Assembly: GCF_964355755.1 (NCBI RefSeq)
Contig: NC_092674.1
Span: 1,798,001-1,862,000 of the forward strand
Direction of reading: 5' to 3'
Length of the DNA stretch: 64,000 nt
Source: Antedon mediterranea
Taxonomy: Eukaryota; Animalia; Echinodermata
Shown here: positions 1 to 13,148 of the stretch, in pieces
Layout of the letters: every line of letters starts with the position of its first letter
How positions within the stretch are numbered: position 1 is the stretch's first letter
Notes under the pieces: generated by a model
What the model was told of the DNA's origin: nothing
Seen by the model: only the letters and a program-made list of their open reading frames with translations
Database searches by the model: none
Made by a program: the position numbers and the translations under genes

Positions 1-37
1 GATAGAAAAGTAGGTTTTTAAAATTACAAACAAATAA

Positions 38-3000
38 TTATGTTACCACTATTTCCTGTGTTTGGGAATTTTTTACTAATTTGTTTAAATTATTAAATTT
101 AACACAAGAAAACATACCTTGTCCTTTAAACAAAGCCAAGCTTGAAATACAGTTGTACTTGGATACAACAGACCTTGTGTCGCCCTCATCGGAATCTGAT
201 GAATTACTGTCGTGACATTTGCTCTTTAGGTTCGATTCTTCCATTTGTTCCACTTTTACTTCATCTACAAAATCATCTGTCAAATACAACAAAAGTTCAT
301 GAAGTATGTCAATGGCAAAGAAACTCTTAACCCAAAGTTTAAACTATCCAACGGGACCATGTAAAAATTATTTTACTTCAGTTAACAAAATTTTGTTTAA
401 TCTTTACCCTGCAATTATTTATCAAGGATTTTTTTAATATAATTATACACACTATATTGATTGCCTTATACACTTTTACATTGAAACAAAAATAACATAG
501 CACTGAAGTAAAATAATACAGAACTGCAGTAGAATAATTTGTACACAGCCTCTAAACAATACTACTCAAAATACAAAAAGATGAGATATACTGTATTTAT
601 TAAGAGACTGCTAGTGAAACCCCTTTTGACAAAATCACAATTTTATAAAATGGCTCATTTACTAATGATAGACTCACCTGAAGAGTCTACTTCAGGGTCA
701 TCATCTGACAGAATAACTGTTTCTTTTGGTTCCTGTGTTGATTTTCGCTCTGCATTCTAAATATAAAAGCATATCACAAAAGTAACAAAAACAGTTAATT
801 AAAATAAATTATAATTATACTTGATTTCAAATTGAATAGACCAATCTCATTGTGCTAATAAAAATAATAATTTTATTTAATTATTTAAGAAGACAAAAAC
901 TTCACATACATCAAAACGTCGTTTATATGCTGGATACTTCATCTTTTGTTCAGTTCTTGCAAGAACCATTTGTATTCTTTTCTTTAAATTTTCCCAATCC
1001 ACTGAATGAGGCTTGCCCTGTTTCCACAGCTGCTCTTCAATCTTGAGTGCCTCATTGAAATTCTCCTCTGCACTCCGCATATCACCTCTGTGGTCGCGTT
1101 CATAGTAGAACAGACCTAGTAGGTAGTATGTACGTGCTGTGTCTGTATGAATGCCTAGCAACTCCATACGCCTACTCGCACACCTTTCTCCAAAGTCAAT
1201 AGCATCTTCATATCTGTGAAGAAAAAGAATACAAATATGATGTGGTTTTATGCACTCTTTTGGGATAAATGTGACTTTAATATTATTTTATTTATTATCA
1301 ATTATGTCAACTCCACCTTTTTAGGAGACATAATTAATTGTTTTTGAAAGTTCCAATGTTGTTTCTTTGTTGCTTACTTTCTTGATGTTAATTTTATCAA
1401 ATTTGTATTGATGTAATTAATAAGGAATTAAAGTATATTCTGGGGACATTTTCCTGTAAATCAAATGACAGTATGTTTGTCAATGCTTACATGGGACACC
1501 ACTGAAAGGTGACACTTTGTTGGGTCCCAAAGATGTTCCCTTAATTAAGTATTTAATTCAACCAAAGAAAAATTGCAAAGTTACTTGTCCACATCTCTCA
1601 ATGCGAGTGCTAGATTTCGCAAAGTCTTCAGATAACCTTTCTCATTATCAATAACCATTTCATCCTCCACACGCAAAGACCTTCTGTAATATTCAATAGC
1701 GTTTTCTCCTTCTTCCAGCTGATAATGACATGAACCAATATTTGCAAGGTAAACTGGAATATCCGGGTGATGTTCTGATTGGGTGAGATCCCTTCTTAAT
1801 TCGTATGCCTTCTGGTAAAATCCTAGCGCTTCTTTTATTTTGCTCTTTTCAACCAAAGCATTACCTTGCTGAAGCCGAGATTTGTTCAATATTAGATCTG
1901 CCATAGTGCTGTAGAAACGAGCTGTATTGGTATTCTTCAGCTTCAGTTCTTTCAAGAGATCATATGCAATCTTGATTCTCTCGACAGCTTTGTCAATATC
2001 TTTCAAACATGTGGTACAAACATTGCCCCAGAGTTGGTAAAGCAAATTCAATTTTTCTTTTTCAGCATCAGTGAGAGAATTGACATGCTTTGCTGCAAAA
2101 TATTTTTCGACTTTCTCTCTGAAAAACTTTGTTGTAAGTGACATTTGATTAGAGGTTTCTTCTGGCTTCTTGGTTTTCAGAAGTTCTTGCTCAGCTGCTT
2201 CTAGCAATGGTAGAATTTCTTCATATCGATAGTTAATTCTGGACATCTGCAATCCTTCATAAGCTGACATTTCAACAAACTGTAGAAAATTATGACTTTC
2301 GTACTCAAGTTTACGTTGAGCTTTGAAAAACTTCAATCTTTCTTTGGTTGAATAAAACAACTCCACAGTAGACGATATTACTCGCCATTCATCAGTATCA
2401 ACACCTCTCTTTTGTTTTGGCAGAAGTTTAAGAAGCTCTTGAAAATTAGCAGCATCTTCGTTCTTTCGTTTCATTGCTTTCTTGTATCGTTTCTCACTCA
2501 GTTGTCCAATTTTCTTAAGTTTCCGGAGAAAGTAACCAATAAACTCTTGCTCTCCAATTTCGTATTCACTCGTGACAGATTTGTCTATTTGGGCAATCTT
2601 CTGAAGGAATTGTCGCATTAGCAGATGCATTCCATAACGCACATCAGACTTGTGAAAATCTTCATTGTCATCTATCGATGTTTCAATCAGGTTTCTGTAT
2701 TTGAGATCCTAAAGTTGGAGGTTCACTTCTACTCGCTGTGATCGCTTCATTCCAAGAATTGCCATAGCTGCTCGACTTGTAAAAGTACCAGGAACAGTAG
2801 CAAGTCGAATCATGCAGAACTTTTGGTTGTCTGGTAAGCTGTCAATTGTGTTCTTCAAGCAAGTTTCTAAATTGACATCTCCATAAAATCCCAGTTGGGT
2901 GACATCATCTGAGCGATTCTCCAAATACTTAATCAGTTTTTTAGGTGGAATAGTGTGGTCTTGCAGACGACTACCTGTTACTTTCAACGCCAATGGACAC

Positions 3001-4122
3001 TTGCCACAAATGTGTACAAGCTTTTGTGCTTCTTCATCAGATATATCGGTCCTACCAGCGTAATACTGCAGGATGTCTCTTGCATCATCGTACTCCAGTT
3101 CATCTGCTTTTATAGAAATAGACTCCACACATTTCTCATAACGTGCACAAAGTTTTCGAGGAAGCCCCATTCTGGTTGTGATCAAAACCTTTAGACAGGT
3201 GTTCCCACATTCAATAATTCTTTCTATAAGTTCAACAAAGTTATTGTACACGTCGTCCTTTACTCCTTCTTTTGGTGTTCTTAGAGGGCGATCGGTGTTG
3301 TCAAACAAAAGTACAGCTCCACCTATATGGAAAAAAAAACATAATTACAATAAAAGTACATTACGAAACAAATACTCTTTGGTATTGCAATCTTCCAGAC
3401 AAACTAACAACAGAAATACAGACTGACCGTTGGTTATATAGGGATGGGAGAAATTGGGAGGGGGAGAGTGCAGGGGGTTGGTATTCCATAAGTTACGTAC
3501 CAGCTTTCTTTGGTTTGTATTTTTTCAACTTCCAAATTAGATTATCAATATCAACCAATAAAGTTGTATCTTCACCCATCGTATGTAAAACTGCATTAAA
3601 GATGCTCTCAGTCGATGACAGCTCCCGGAGGTCAACAAACAGCAACTCATGGTTCTCTATCTTTGCTAGCCTAGTTTTACCCATACCCGGAAGTCCACTG
3701 GTGCAGATTGTTGCCACACCATCGCCGTCATGTTTTTCTCCAAGGAGATAAAACAATTGCTCAAGACGATCTTTCCTACCAATAAATGGACCCTGTGAAG
3801 CTGCAGGATGCTTCCGATAATGCCTAGCAATAACGGCATATTCCGAGTTATATTTATTAAGCTCTTCTATCAAATCATTCCGCCCAATCTCATACAGGAT
3901 GTGTCGTAGTAAGAGAGTATCCCCATCGTGGAAATGATTTCCTTCTTGTAGCTTATCGAAAAAGTCGAACGTATCCTTGATATCTTCATAATTTCTAGCC
4001 CCAAGTCTGTCTTTGACGAGTGATTTTGCCGCCTTCAATTCTTCACTAGTAATCCCGTTCGCAAAACAAACGATAAGCCATCGAAAACGACTAATTGAGC
4101 TTGGATCGTTTGACGACGCCAT
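38..4122 (-). pseudogene. NLR-like DED-NB-ARC(STAND)-TPR receptor gene with in-frame stop (pseudogene or null allele); may continue beyond the window start
   Basis: Exons ~4122-3501, 3322-1585, 1213-910, 756-678, 276-118(?), joined by phase-consistent GT-AG introns. DED with RxDL motif (IGRNDLIEEL), FIGR, Walker A GLPGMGKT, Walker B AVLLFDN, VLITTR, GxPLAL-like CGKCPLAL, MHD-like YGMHLLMR, TPR repeats (EALGFYQKAYELRR, AIEYYRRSL). TAG at 2711-2709 is in frame with the next ORF. Confidence 0.85.
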
Positions 4123-4143
4123 TTTATTAGGCCTGGAAAGCTT

Positions 4144-4728
4144 GGCCTGTCACGCCAAAATCGGTCCGGCCGGATCGATTTTGGTCGTAATCAAGCACCA
4201 AAACTGGTCCGGTCACGTCGGATCGCTTTTGGCGTTGAATGAAACAGCCGCTAAATTTAAAACAGGTCTGGCTAGGCCAAAACTGATCCGGCTTTTAAAA
4301 TCGCTTATTTATTCTTTAAATTGTGCTGTTGCAAACAGTTCAAATGGTTAAAGTAAACTATGCTTAAAGTAAATATACTAAATATTACCGTACAAGCGAA
4401 AAGAAATTATCGACACACTAATTAAAGAAACTCTAATCGGCTTTTGGGATATTCTATTGCATGTTCAGTTCGTTTAAAACTAATAGCGCCCTCTAGTAAT
4501 TTTATATTATGTACAGAACGCCGATTTATTCTTGCACATTTTTAATCTCTCCGTTTCGATAATTTCTTAGTTTACTTCACCCATTTGGACTTTTTTAAGG
4601 ATAAATAAGCGATTTTAAAGGCCCGACCAGTTTTGGCCTAGCCGGACCTGTTTTAGCGGCTGTTTCAACGTTAAAATCGATCCGACCGGACCAGTTTTGG
4701 CCCCGGACCAAATTTCGCGTTACAGGCC
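4144..4728. mobile_element. MITE / non-autonomous TIR element with long imperfect inverted arms
   Basis: 4144-4320 is the degenerate reverse complement of ~4593-4728 (ggcctgtcacgccaaaat...aaatttcgcgttacaggcc; aaaatcgcttattta / taaataagcgatttt). Confidence 0.75.
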
Positions 4729-4961
4729 TATGTTTGTTTTGTGTGGAACCATTGAAGCTTAACGGTTGTACAACCATCCATCCAGGGCCTACAATCATCA
4801 CATTTAATTATTAATTGTACTGTTGTACCATAGAGATCTCTATGGTTGTACACAGAATTTTTATTATGCCACCAATGTAAAGGTATAGCCTAATTTCCAA
4901 ATAAATATGATTGACTTATGAACGGTGAATATTATTTTTTGTTTCCACATTTTGAGCGAAA

Positions 4962-5945
4962 TTGATTTGATTTGATTTGATTTATTTCGGCATCAGTACA
5001 TAAAATATCACAGACATACAATTAAAATTGGCAAATATAAAAATACCAATATAAAACAAGGATGCCAAGGATAACTCATAAAAGTCCTCTACGGACTTGT
5101 TTCCAATGAGGTCCTTTGAAAGAACAGCAAAAAAGACAAACAAAGCTACATAAAAAAAATACAAAAAACAGCAAAAAGGACAATCGAAAAAAGAAGAAGC
5201 GCTAATTAAATAGTTTCTAGAGCTAGTGAACGTTCCTGTAGATACTTTTTAAGTTTACTTTTAAAACAACAAACAGTTTGTGATTCCTTAATGTTAATTG
5301 GTAAATTATTCCATTCTTTAATAGCATTGTAAAAAAAGGTCACATGTGCCATTGGCTTGATAGTTGGGATTCTAAAATTAAAATTGCATCCCCTAGTATT
5401 GTAATTATGACTGTCTGAAATTCTAATAAAACGATTGCATAAATAAGGTGGACAACAATGATGATATATTTTAAAAACATGACAGACTCTAAGAAATTCG
5501 ACACGGTCTTGGACTTTTAACATACCAACGTCGTTTAGCTGATATTGACCAACATGAGATCGGGGACCTAACTTTTTTATAAAACGAACCATTTTGTTTT
5601 GAGTCGTTAGCAAACCGAATAATCGAACATCGGTTGGATTAAAGCAAAACTAAGAATTTTGCGACAATGTGAATTAAGAAATGATGATTGTCGGTACAGA
5701 AATTTCAGTCTGCCGTTTGCTTTGTTTATAACAGAGCGGGCAATGACGTCACCTGATACATTTTGGTCAATCTCAATACCTAGATATTTGATAGATTTTG
5801 ATCCATTTATAGTCGCAATCAATATAGAATTCGTTTACTTTGCTTAATCTACGTTTAGAACCAAACAGGATGCATTCGGTCTTACCCATATGAAGCGAAA
5901 GTTGATTGTCGATCAGCCAATTATTGCATGATACGAGATTGTTTT
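4962..5945 (-). mobile_element. 3' fragment of non-LTR retrotransposon (RT C-terminus, CR1/L2-like), frameshifted
   Basis: ORFs 5607-5822 and 5206-5613 (KYLGIEID, FDYS, HNYNTR, TFFYNAIKEWNNLP, FKSKLK); (TCAAA)n tail at 4962-4987. Confidence 0.8.
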
Positions 5946-6954
5946 TGAAATTGCGACATTTAAACTTTTTGCCTCGATGATCATAATTAAAAAATGATCG
6001 TGGATTTAAAGTAAAAAATATTAAATTGTTTAGTTAAATATATACATTTAATATAATTAAGTTTGTTGTTTTGTGTTTTTTTGTATTTTTTTTTTGTAGG
6101 CCTATTAGCAAAACAGATGGAATCGATCATTACTTCGGAAACTCCTGTAAAAACAACCGGGATTTTTTATACTTGAGCCTGGTTTCCTGTCGACGTATAT
6201 CACTTTTGTTGTGAACTACATCGATTTGTCTTATAGAAATGCGGATTTTACAGGAAACCGATTACGATCGACAATTTATTTTAATTTAAACGATGAGAAT
6301 TTGTGGATAAATGTTAAACCACAGTTTAATTCTAAATCAATAAATGCAATTCTAATAGTAAAATATTCTCTTTACAAATGCGTGGTTCAAAGATGTGTTA
6401 TTGTCTCCATAAAAATGAAAAACAAAGAAGAATAAATTCAGATTGGAGCAATTTTGTAGTTTAAAAAAAGTATTTTCTTTAGCGAAAAAAAGTATAAACA
6501 TTATTATATATAATTTACCCATTTATTATTTTGTTTTGTAATGATCCATTTATGTATGCTATGCTTATGTGAATGGAAATAAAGAAAGAAAGACTTTCAA
6601 TAAGTTATTTTTTAGTTTTAATAAAGTGATTCCGTTAGGCCTATTTCACTAAAATGACAAAGTAAATAGTTAAATTCAACAATTTTTTTTATTTAAAATC
6701 AGTTTGTTTCGATCCAATATTTGATCAAAGTGTATAACTATTATGTGATATTAAAATGGCATATTCAACTAAATTTTAAGAATGAAATTCAGGGGGACAA
6801 TACATCTTTAAAAGTAAGTAAAATATAAGAAGGAACAGATTTACCAAAGGATTATGAAAAGAAAATTATTAGTTTCATATAAAAGTGATTATAATTATAA
6901 ACCGGCCTCTAGTAAAACAGTAGACCGATAATTGTAGGGTTTGGCTTGGGAATA

Positions 6955-7231
6955 AGCGTGGTTCCCACTAGAACGCAACACAGCGACGTATCGACGCAAA
7001 GTGATGCATTGCGTAATCGCAAGTGGGAACCGACGACGCAATAGTGCTGTAAAAATCGCAGGTTTGATTTCACGCAGGTGGGGGCAAACACAATTACCGG
7101 AAGGGCATTTTCTTACGTTGCGTAGATTGCGTTACGTTGCGTAGATTGCGTTACGTTGCGTAGATTGCGTTACGTTGCGTTACGTTGCGTAGATTGCGTT
7201 ACGTTGCGTCGCTAGTGAGAACCAAGCTTTA
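6955..7231. mobile_element. Short TIR element (MITE) with internal (ttacgttgcgtagattgcg) repeats
   Basis: Ends tggttcccactag...ctagtgagaacca; related copy at ~53155-53290. Confidence 0.6.
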
Positions 7232-7435
7232 TAGAACATGTTAACAATTATATGTGTTTCTCTTTGGTATGCACATTGGAATTGAATACTATTGAATATT
7301 ATATAACACCTATATAAATTCCTGTCATTTGATTGGACGAATGTGGGTCACATGGCGTGCAATAGTACGCACTATTCAACGATCGTTAAATAGTACTTTT
7401 TGAAACATTTTTGTTTGTTATTTAGATGTTATATA

Positions 7436-7600
7436 AAACAAATAATGAATGTTTTGTATTCGTGTAATGGTACAAATAATGGCACTTGGTGAATGATGAA
7501 AGGTTATATCAACTCGGCTTTGCCTCGTTGATATAACCTTTCATCATTCACCTCGTGCCATTATTTGTACCATTGCACTCATAAACATTCATTATTTGTA
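7436..7600. repeat. Near-perfect ~165 bp palindrome (hairpin MITE)
   Basis: acaaataatgaatg...gaatgatgaaaggttatatcaac-loop-gttgatataacctttcatcattc...cattcattatttgt. Confidence 0.8.
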
Positions 7601-7638
7601 TACTATTGAATACTATTGAATACTATTGAATACTATAG

Positions 7639-8082
7639 TTATACAAAATCAAACGCTCACATAACTCCTGTCCTGATGGATTTGCATTGGTTGCCTGTTC
7701 AACAACGTATTAAGTACAAACTTGCGTTGTTTGTATTCAAGATCCTAAATGACAGTGCTCCTGCTTATTTATCTGACCTTGTGGATCGTTACGAATCATC
7801 CCGCAGAGGCCTACGATCATTGTCACAAAACCTTCTTCAAGAGCGTAGAGCGAAAAATCAGTGGGGTCAGAGATCTTTTTACGTTGCGGCCGCAAGTGTA
7901 TGGAACAGCTTACCAGCAACAGTTAAATGCTCAACTAGTCTAAACAGTTTCAAGACCAACCTAAAGACGTCGCTATTCGCTGATGTTCTCGCACGTTGTT
8001 AATGCACAAAGCGCCATGAGCGCCACATGGGTGGAGGATACCGGCGCTATATAAGTTTTCATTTATTATTATTATTATTATT
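7639..8082 (+). mobile_element. L2-like LINE 3' end, copy 1
   Basis: HITPVLMDLHWLPVQQRIKYK...RSFYVAAASVWNSLP...FKTNLKTSLF; (ATT)n tail. Confidence 0.85.
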
Positions 8083-8566
8083 GAATACTATTGAAGACTA
8101 TTGTGGTTATTCTGATAAAAGTATCAATTACTCAAAGACATTTCAACGTTTGTTCCTTTAAAAAATATTGTGTAGTGGTCTGTCTACACTATCGAACTAG
8201 TTTGACAAAAGAAGTGTGATGTGCCCAAATATGGTAGTGATATGCCCAAATATGATATTGATATGACATCATCATTATGACCTTGATTTTTTGTGTAATT
8301 TGAATCTTTAAAAAACAAACAAATAATTAATTTATAATTTGTGTACATACATACATCAATATCTATAATAGATCTGCTGCTGTAAAAAGTGACGGTCACC
8401 AAATTTAAATACTAAAAGAGGAAAATACTAAAGGAGATTTACTCTATAAGATTGAGTTGTTTTTTATTCTCTTTAAAGAAAAGATACAAAAAAAGAGAAA
8501 GGGAATGGAAGAAAAAAAGTACTTTTATCTATATTTAGGTTGTATACATATTATTTAAATTTGTAT

Positions 8567-9190
8567 GTAATAAATAATAATAATAATAATAAATGAAAAC
8601 TTATATAGCGCCGGTATCCTCCACCCATGTGGCGCTCATGGCGCTTTGTGCATTAACAACGTGCGAGAACATCAGCGAATAGCGACGTCTTTAGGTTGGT
8701 CTTGAAACTGTTTAGACTAGTTGAGCATTTAACTGTTGCTGGTAAGCTGTTCCATACACTTGCGGCCGCAACGTAAAAAGATCTCTGACCCCACTGATTT
8801 TTCGCTCTACGCTCTTGAAGAAGGTTTTGTGACAATGATCGTAGGCCTCTGCGGGATGATTCGTAACGATCCACAAGGTCAGATAAATAAGCAGGAGCAC
8901 TGTCATTTAGGATCTTGAATACAAACAACGCAAGTTTATACTTAATACGTTGTTGAACAGGCAACCAATGCAAATCCATCAGGACAGGAGTTATGTGAGC
9001 GTTTGATTTTGTATAAGTTACAATTCTAGCTGCCATATTTTGCAAGCGCTGCAAACGTTGTATTTGAGATTTTGGTATGCCAAACAACAAGGCATTACCA
9101 ATGTCAATTTTAGAAGTGACAAATGCGTGTACAATCAATTCAGCTGTTTTCTTGTTAAGATTACCGCGAATACGACCAAGGTTCCTAATC
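8567..9190 (-). mobile_element. L2-like LINE 3' end, copy 2 (inverted, longer)
   Basis: ORF 8653-9138 has the same translation as copy 1 over their overlap, plus upstream HAFVTSKIDIGN...LQRLQNMAAR; (ATT)n tail. Confidence 0.85.
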
Positions 9191-10519
9191 GATATGAGAG
9201 AAATGAGATTTTAAAGATGAATGAGAAACGTAATATTTATAAATAGATTTAAATATAGTTTATATATACAAACATAATAAAAATGGAAACAAAAACAGCA
9301 ATTTTGATTGCAAAGAAAGTTTACTTAATAAAATAATTATGTAACATGTTTTGAAATGGAAATAAAAGGTAATGGTGACCTCACAAAAGGCAAAATAAAC
9401 ACAAAAAAACTTCACAATTGTTCTAATTTCTGCAATTTCGGTTTTTGCATCTTCATTATAGGTACTGGAATTTTTTTTGTAATAGGTTCAATACGCTTTT
9501 AATAAAAAAAAAATATCAGTGTTTTAAAAATAAATCAGTGGAATTTTAAAAGCAGTAACCTACCATCGGCTCCCATGGAGTATGAGAAGCAACTGCACAA
9601 AAGAGTTAACGGCGGAGAGTCGAGTCTTATATTCAAGCTGTTTGCCGCCCCCTATCGTTAAGAAACTTTGAAAACAAGGTGATTTAACAATAATATATAA
9701 ATTTAAGATACTAGAACGTGAAATCAATAGAAATATGAATAAATTTACTTTGTTTCTGTTTAAAAACTGAAATAGAAATGAGATTAGTCTTATTATTTTT
9801 TACTAAAACAGCAGCTAATTCTCGATGTATAATATAAATTAGCATTACGCCAGATTTAAATATTTATTATTGCAATTTCACTCTTCTCTAACATTACTGT
9901 ATATTTTTGTGTCACCCGGCTCCCAGCATGCACCAAGAGAGGAATGACATTTCTGTAAGTTGAGTTTAGTAGGCCTACTAACTTCTCGCAAAGTGCACAT
10001 CATGTTGACTACTTATTTAAACTGTTTGTCGCCCTCTGTCGTTAAGAAAACTAAAAAAAAAAACTGTATGATTGTTGGTACTTCTTGTACATGCAATTTA
10101 CCATGGAAAAAAATTAACTAATTCCTTCATGAACGATTTCTGAAAAAAAAGAAGGAAATGATTATAGAACAGAATGTACTTATGTTGAGTACTTCTCCAT
10201 ACCTAGCATTAATGTAGGTGAATGTGAACATATAAATCCAAAGGCAAAATACTGAAAAAATGACAATGCTGTGGGTGTATATATATATATTATCATAGTA
10301 TACCGTATTAGGCCTATATTAGTCCTACAGTTATCGTATACTGTAAAAATTCATTAAACAATTTTATGCCTAATTATATATCAGGAATTATGGTGAAACA
10401 ATTTAGATGATGGTATAATAGATGTAAAAAAAATGACTACTACACTATGTTTAGTTGTTTTTTGTTTTGAAGTAACGTGTTGCAAGATTCTCATGTTTCA
10501 ATATCTGAATCGCTGCATT

Positions 10520-10546
10520 GATATCATTACGCGCTAGCCTATAAAG
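10520..10546 (+). promoter_or_regulatory. Cluster core promoter, class A: ATATCATTACGCG...CTATAAA (related copies at 13039, 15049, 16953, 22506; variants at 18539, 24634)
   Basis: Motif recurs ~85-185 nt upstream of the ATG of micro-genes 1-7. Confidence 0.65.
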
Positions 10547-10636
10547 TAAAACAGATTTATAGTAGATGTGACAGATCGCATGGTCGTAGAACCAATAACG
10601 TTGTTAGAAAAAGGTAAATAGGGTTCAGGAAAAATA

Positions 10637-11814
10637 ATGGCGGGAATAGACCAGCCCGGTCCCAATCAAAGGTAAGAAAATTAAATTAAATTGAAGATTT
10701 AAAATATCTTCATCGGTTGTGTACTGTACTGTAATTAATACTCAATTATTATAAAACTGATTCGATGTTTCTTTCACTAATTTCACATCAGTTGAATTCC
10801 GTAATTGTGTTTTAATAAATAAATAAATACCAAAATTCTCCAAATAAATGTATACATATTAAAATGTATATTGTTTTGTAGAATTTTAAACATATTTCAT
10901 TATTTCATATTTATCATCAGAAAAAAAATATTTGAATTTAAATACATTGTTTTATACATTTATTTTTAAATACATTGTCTAATTTGTTAATGTATACAAA
11001 GAAGTAAATTTATTAAATTGGTAACGTCATTTCAAATAAATTAAATCAAGAAACAAGATGTAGGCTTGTCTTAATCATTAATCTATAGCAGAGGTAAATA
11101 TCAGGCAAATTGCATAATAGTCATAATATAAAAATTGGTTGGTATCTTTTATTAATACAAATTAATCTTTCATTAATAAAAATATTAAAAATAATTTGAT
11201 AATGAATTTTGGCATAAGTTAAAGATTGCTATTAACATTCTTTGCAATGTTTCTCATATACTATTATTTGAGAACTGTAATGTTTGGATTTTTGAAATTA
11301 TATTATTTTTACCATTTTAAGAATTTATATTTATTCATTGTTAACAGCATAGATTTAAAATTACACATTGTTGGAGAAAATAGATACCTCACTGAAAGTG
11401 GTGTTGGACATTGGACAATCAGCCAGTTTCTAGAAAATATACATTTAGGCGCGTACAGAGCAGAATATATTAATGGGGCTATCATTAATGAATACAGTCA
11501 ACTAAGAAATCTTACATCTAAAACTCTATACCTAAGGTACGTTTACTCGTCATCAGTATTATAATCACCATCATCTGAAACATCATCTGCACCTGCATTT
11601 TTTAAACAAAATTGGCGTTTATTAGTAAACCCAAACCGTTGTTTTTTTTTTTATTAATTTGCTGGTCTATATCCTAAAAAACTTAATTCCAGATATATCT
11701 ACCAACACATTATAGTTTAGTATTTTAGTTTTAGTTTTTGATAAAGGTAACTTTGTAATAGCAATGACTGCTTTTAATGTGTCAATATATTTTTTCTATT
11801 TTAGGCGGCGCTAG
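10637..11814 (+). CDS. Micro-gene 1: shared tag + highly divergent beta-grasp/Ubl-like domain, ~77 aa
   Basis: Exons 10637-10671 (MAGIDQPGPNQ, ag|gtaag), 11348-11536 (SIDLKLHIVGENRYLTESGVGHWTISQFLENIHLGAYRAEYINGAIINEYSQLRNLTSKTLYL), probable exon 11805-11814 (RRR*); unspliced alternative stops at 11564. Confidence 0.6.
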
Positions 11815-12179
11815 TCGTGTCGATGTCGTTGTTTTTGCTGACTTGATTCTCCAAGAAAGTACTTCAACAACAACAACAACAGATTTTCCATTTATTTACA
11901 AAAGCTTCTGTTTAAGTTTTTTTCACTGTTAATTAATGCTATTTAAACCTTGCTTCATGAAATCATTATAGTAAAATATAAATGTATTATTTACATTGAT
12001 TACGTCTACTCAACAAATCAATTAATGAATTAAATTTAATAACATATATACAAATAAATTATTCTTGTGTGTTATTGTTTGTTACGATAGTAAAGTCTGT
12101 TTCCACGAGGTGAATCTATTCCTGTGATAAAAAAACTTGTATTTTTTATTTACGTGTTGTGATGATTTTTAAAAAGGCC

Positions 12180-12362
12180 CAGCAAACATCAGCAGATTCA
12201 GGAGAATAATGTAGGATTCGTGTGGATAGATTCGCCATACAAGGCCATATACATGGCTGCAGTTGCGTGCTAAAATTTGAATTAGTGTTTACCGACCGAC
12301 CATCCGACCAACCGACCGACATAGTGAGATACATGTAGAGTCGCGTTGCACGCGAATAAAAC
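12180..12362. repeat. Interspersed repeat with (accg)n tract; related copies at ~24121-24226, ~40500-40600, ~43400-43480
   Basis: catggctgcagttgcgtgct...accgaccgac...agtcgcgttgcacgcga seen in both orientations. Confidence 0.55.
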
Positions 12363-13148
12363 CAGGAAATATGTGTTTATTGCGACAAAGCTCCTATTCA
12401 TTGAGAATGGCAAATGGGATGCACTGTTTACAAAATTGTCTTAAGGATTTGTTTAATTAAACGGTTACTGTAAATTACAAAATATTTTTTTCTGGAGCAT
12501 AGGCAATTGTGTTCTGCAATAGCAAAATGCAGCCTTCACTTGAAACGCCCCCACAATCTATACCAATGACTTATAAGCACCTCTTAAATGTTTTAATGTT
12601 TAAAATAAGTTTGTTAATCTAACAAATAATAATGTGAACATCATAGAAATAATATTTTTTTTTTATCGATTATGGTATTGTTATTAAATCCAAGAAGAAT
12701 GCAAAAGTAACCATTTACATAGAGTGAATTTAATAACATTACAGTTTAACCTTTCGGTGCTCTAACTACGATGGCTTCTAACTCTCCAGGCATTGTAATA
12801 ATTATATTTATAACTTTTCATTCATTATTTTAAATAATTTAAGTTCAATAGTATGATAGTCATTATTCGTACAGAAATTGTATTTGTACTGTCAACTTAC
12901 AGGAGTTAAATTATATAAAAAATGTGAGTGGTACCAAATACACCGATTAGATAGAAGGAACAAATGGGGTTTGGATGGGTGTCCGGTATCGTAGGTATCC
13001 GCTTACTAGAGGAGAGAATTCACTTCAGGTACCATTAAATATCATTCCGCGTAACTATAATATACCGATTTTCTAATTTAAAACAGAACTATTCATAGAT
13101 ATCAGTGCTGATAAATACGTTTAAAGTGAACTATCTTACTCTGGAAAT

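Noticed and set aside
2412-4351. Plus-strand ORFs overlapping the NLR
   Set aside because: Antisense shadows of the minus-strand coding exons and the MITE.
6130-6265. Cluster of GGAAAC/GGTTTCC motifs as NF-kB/IRF/ETS sites
   Set aside because: Short, imperfect matches that are expected by chance; no TSS evidence.
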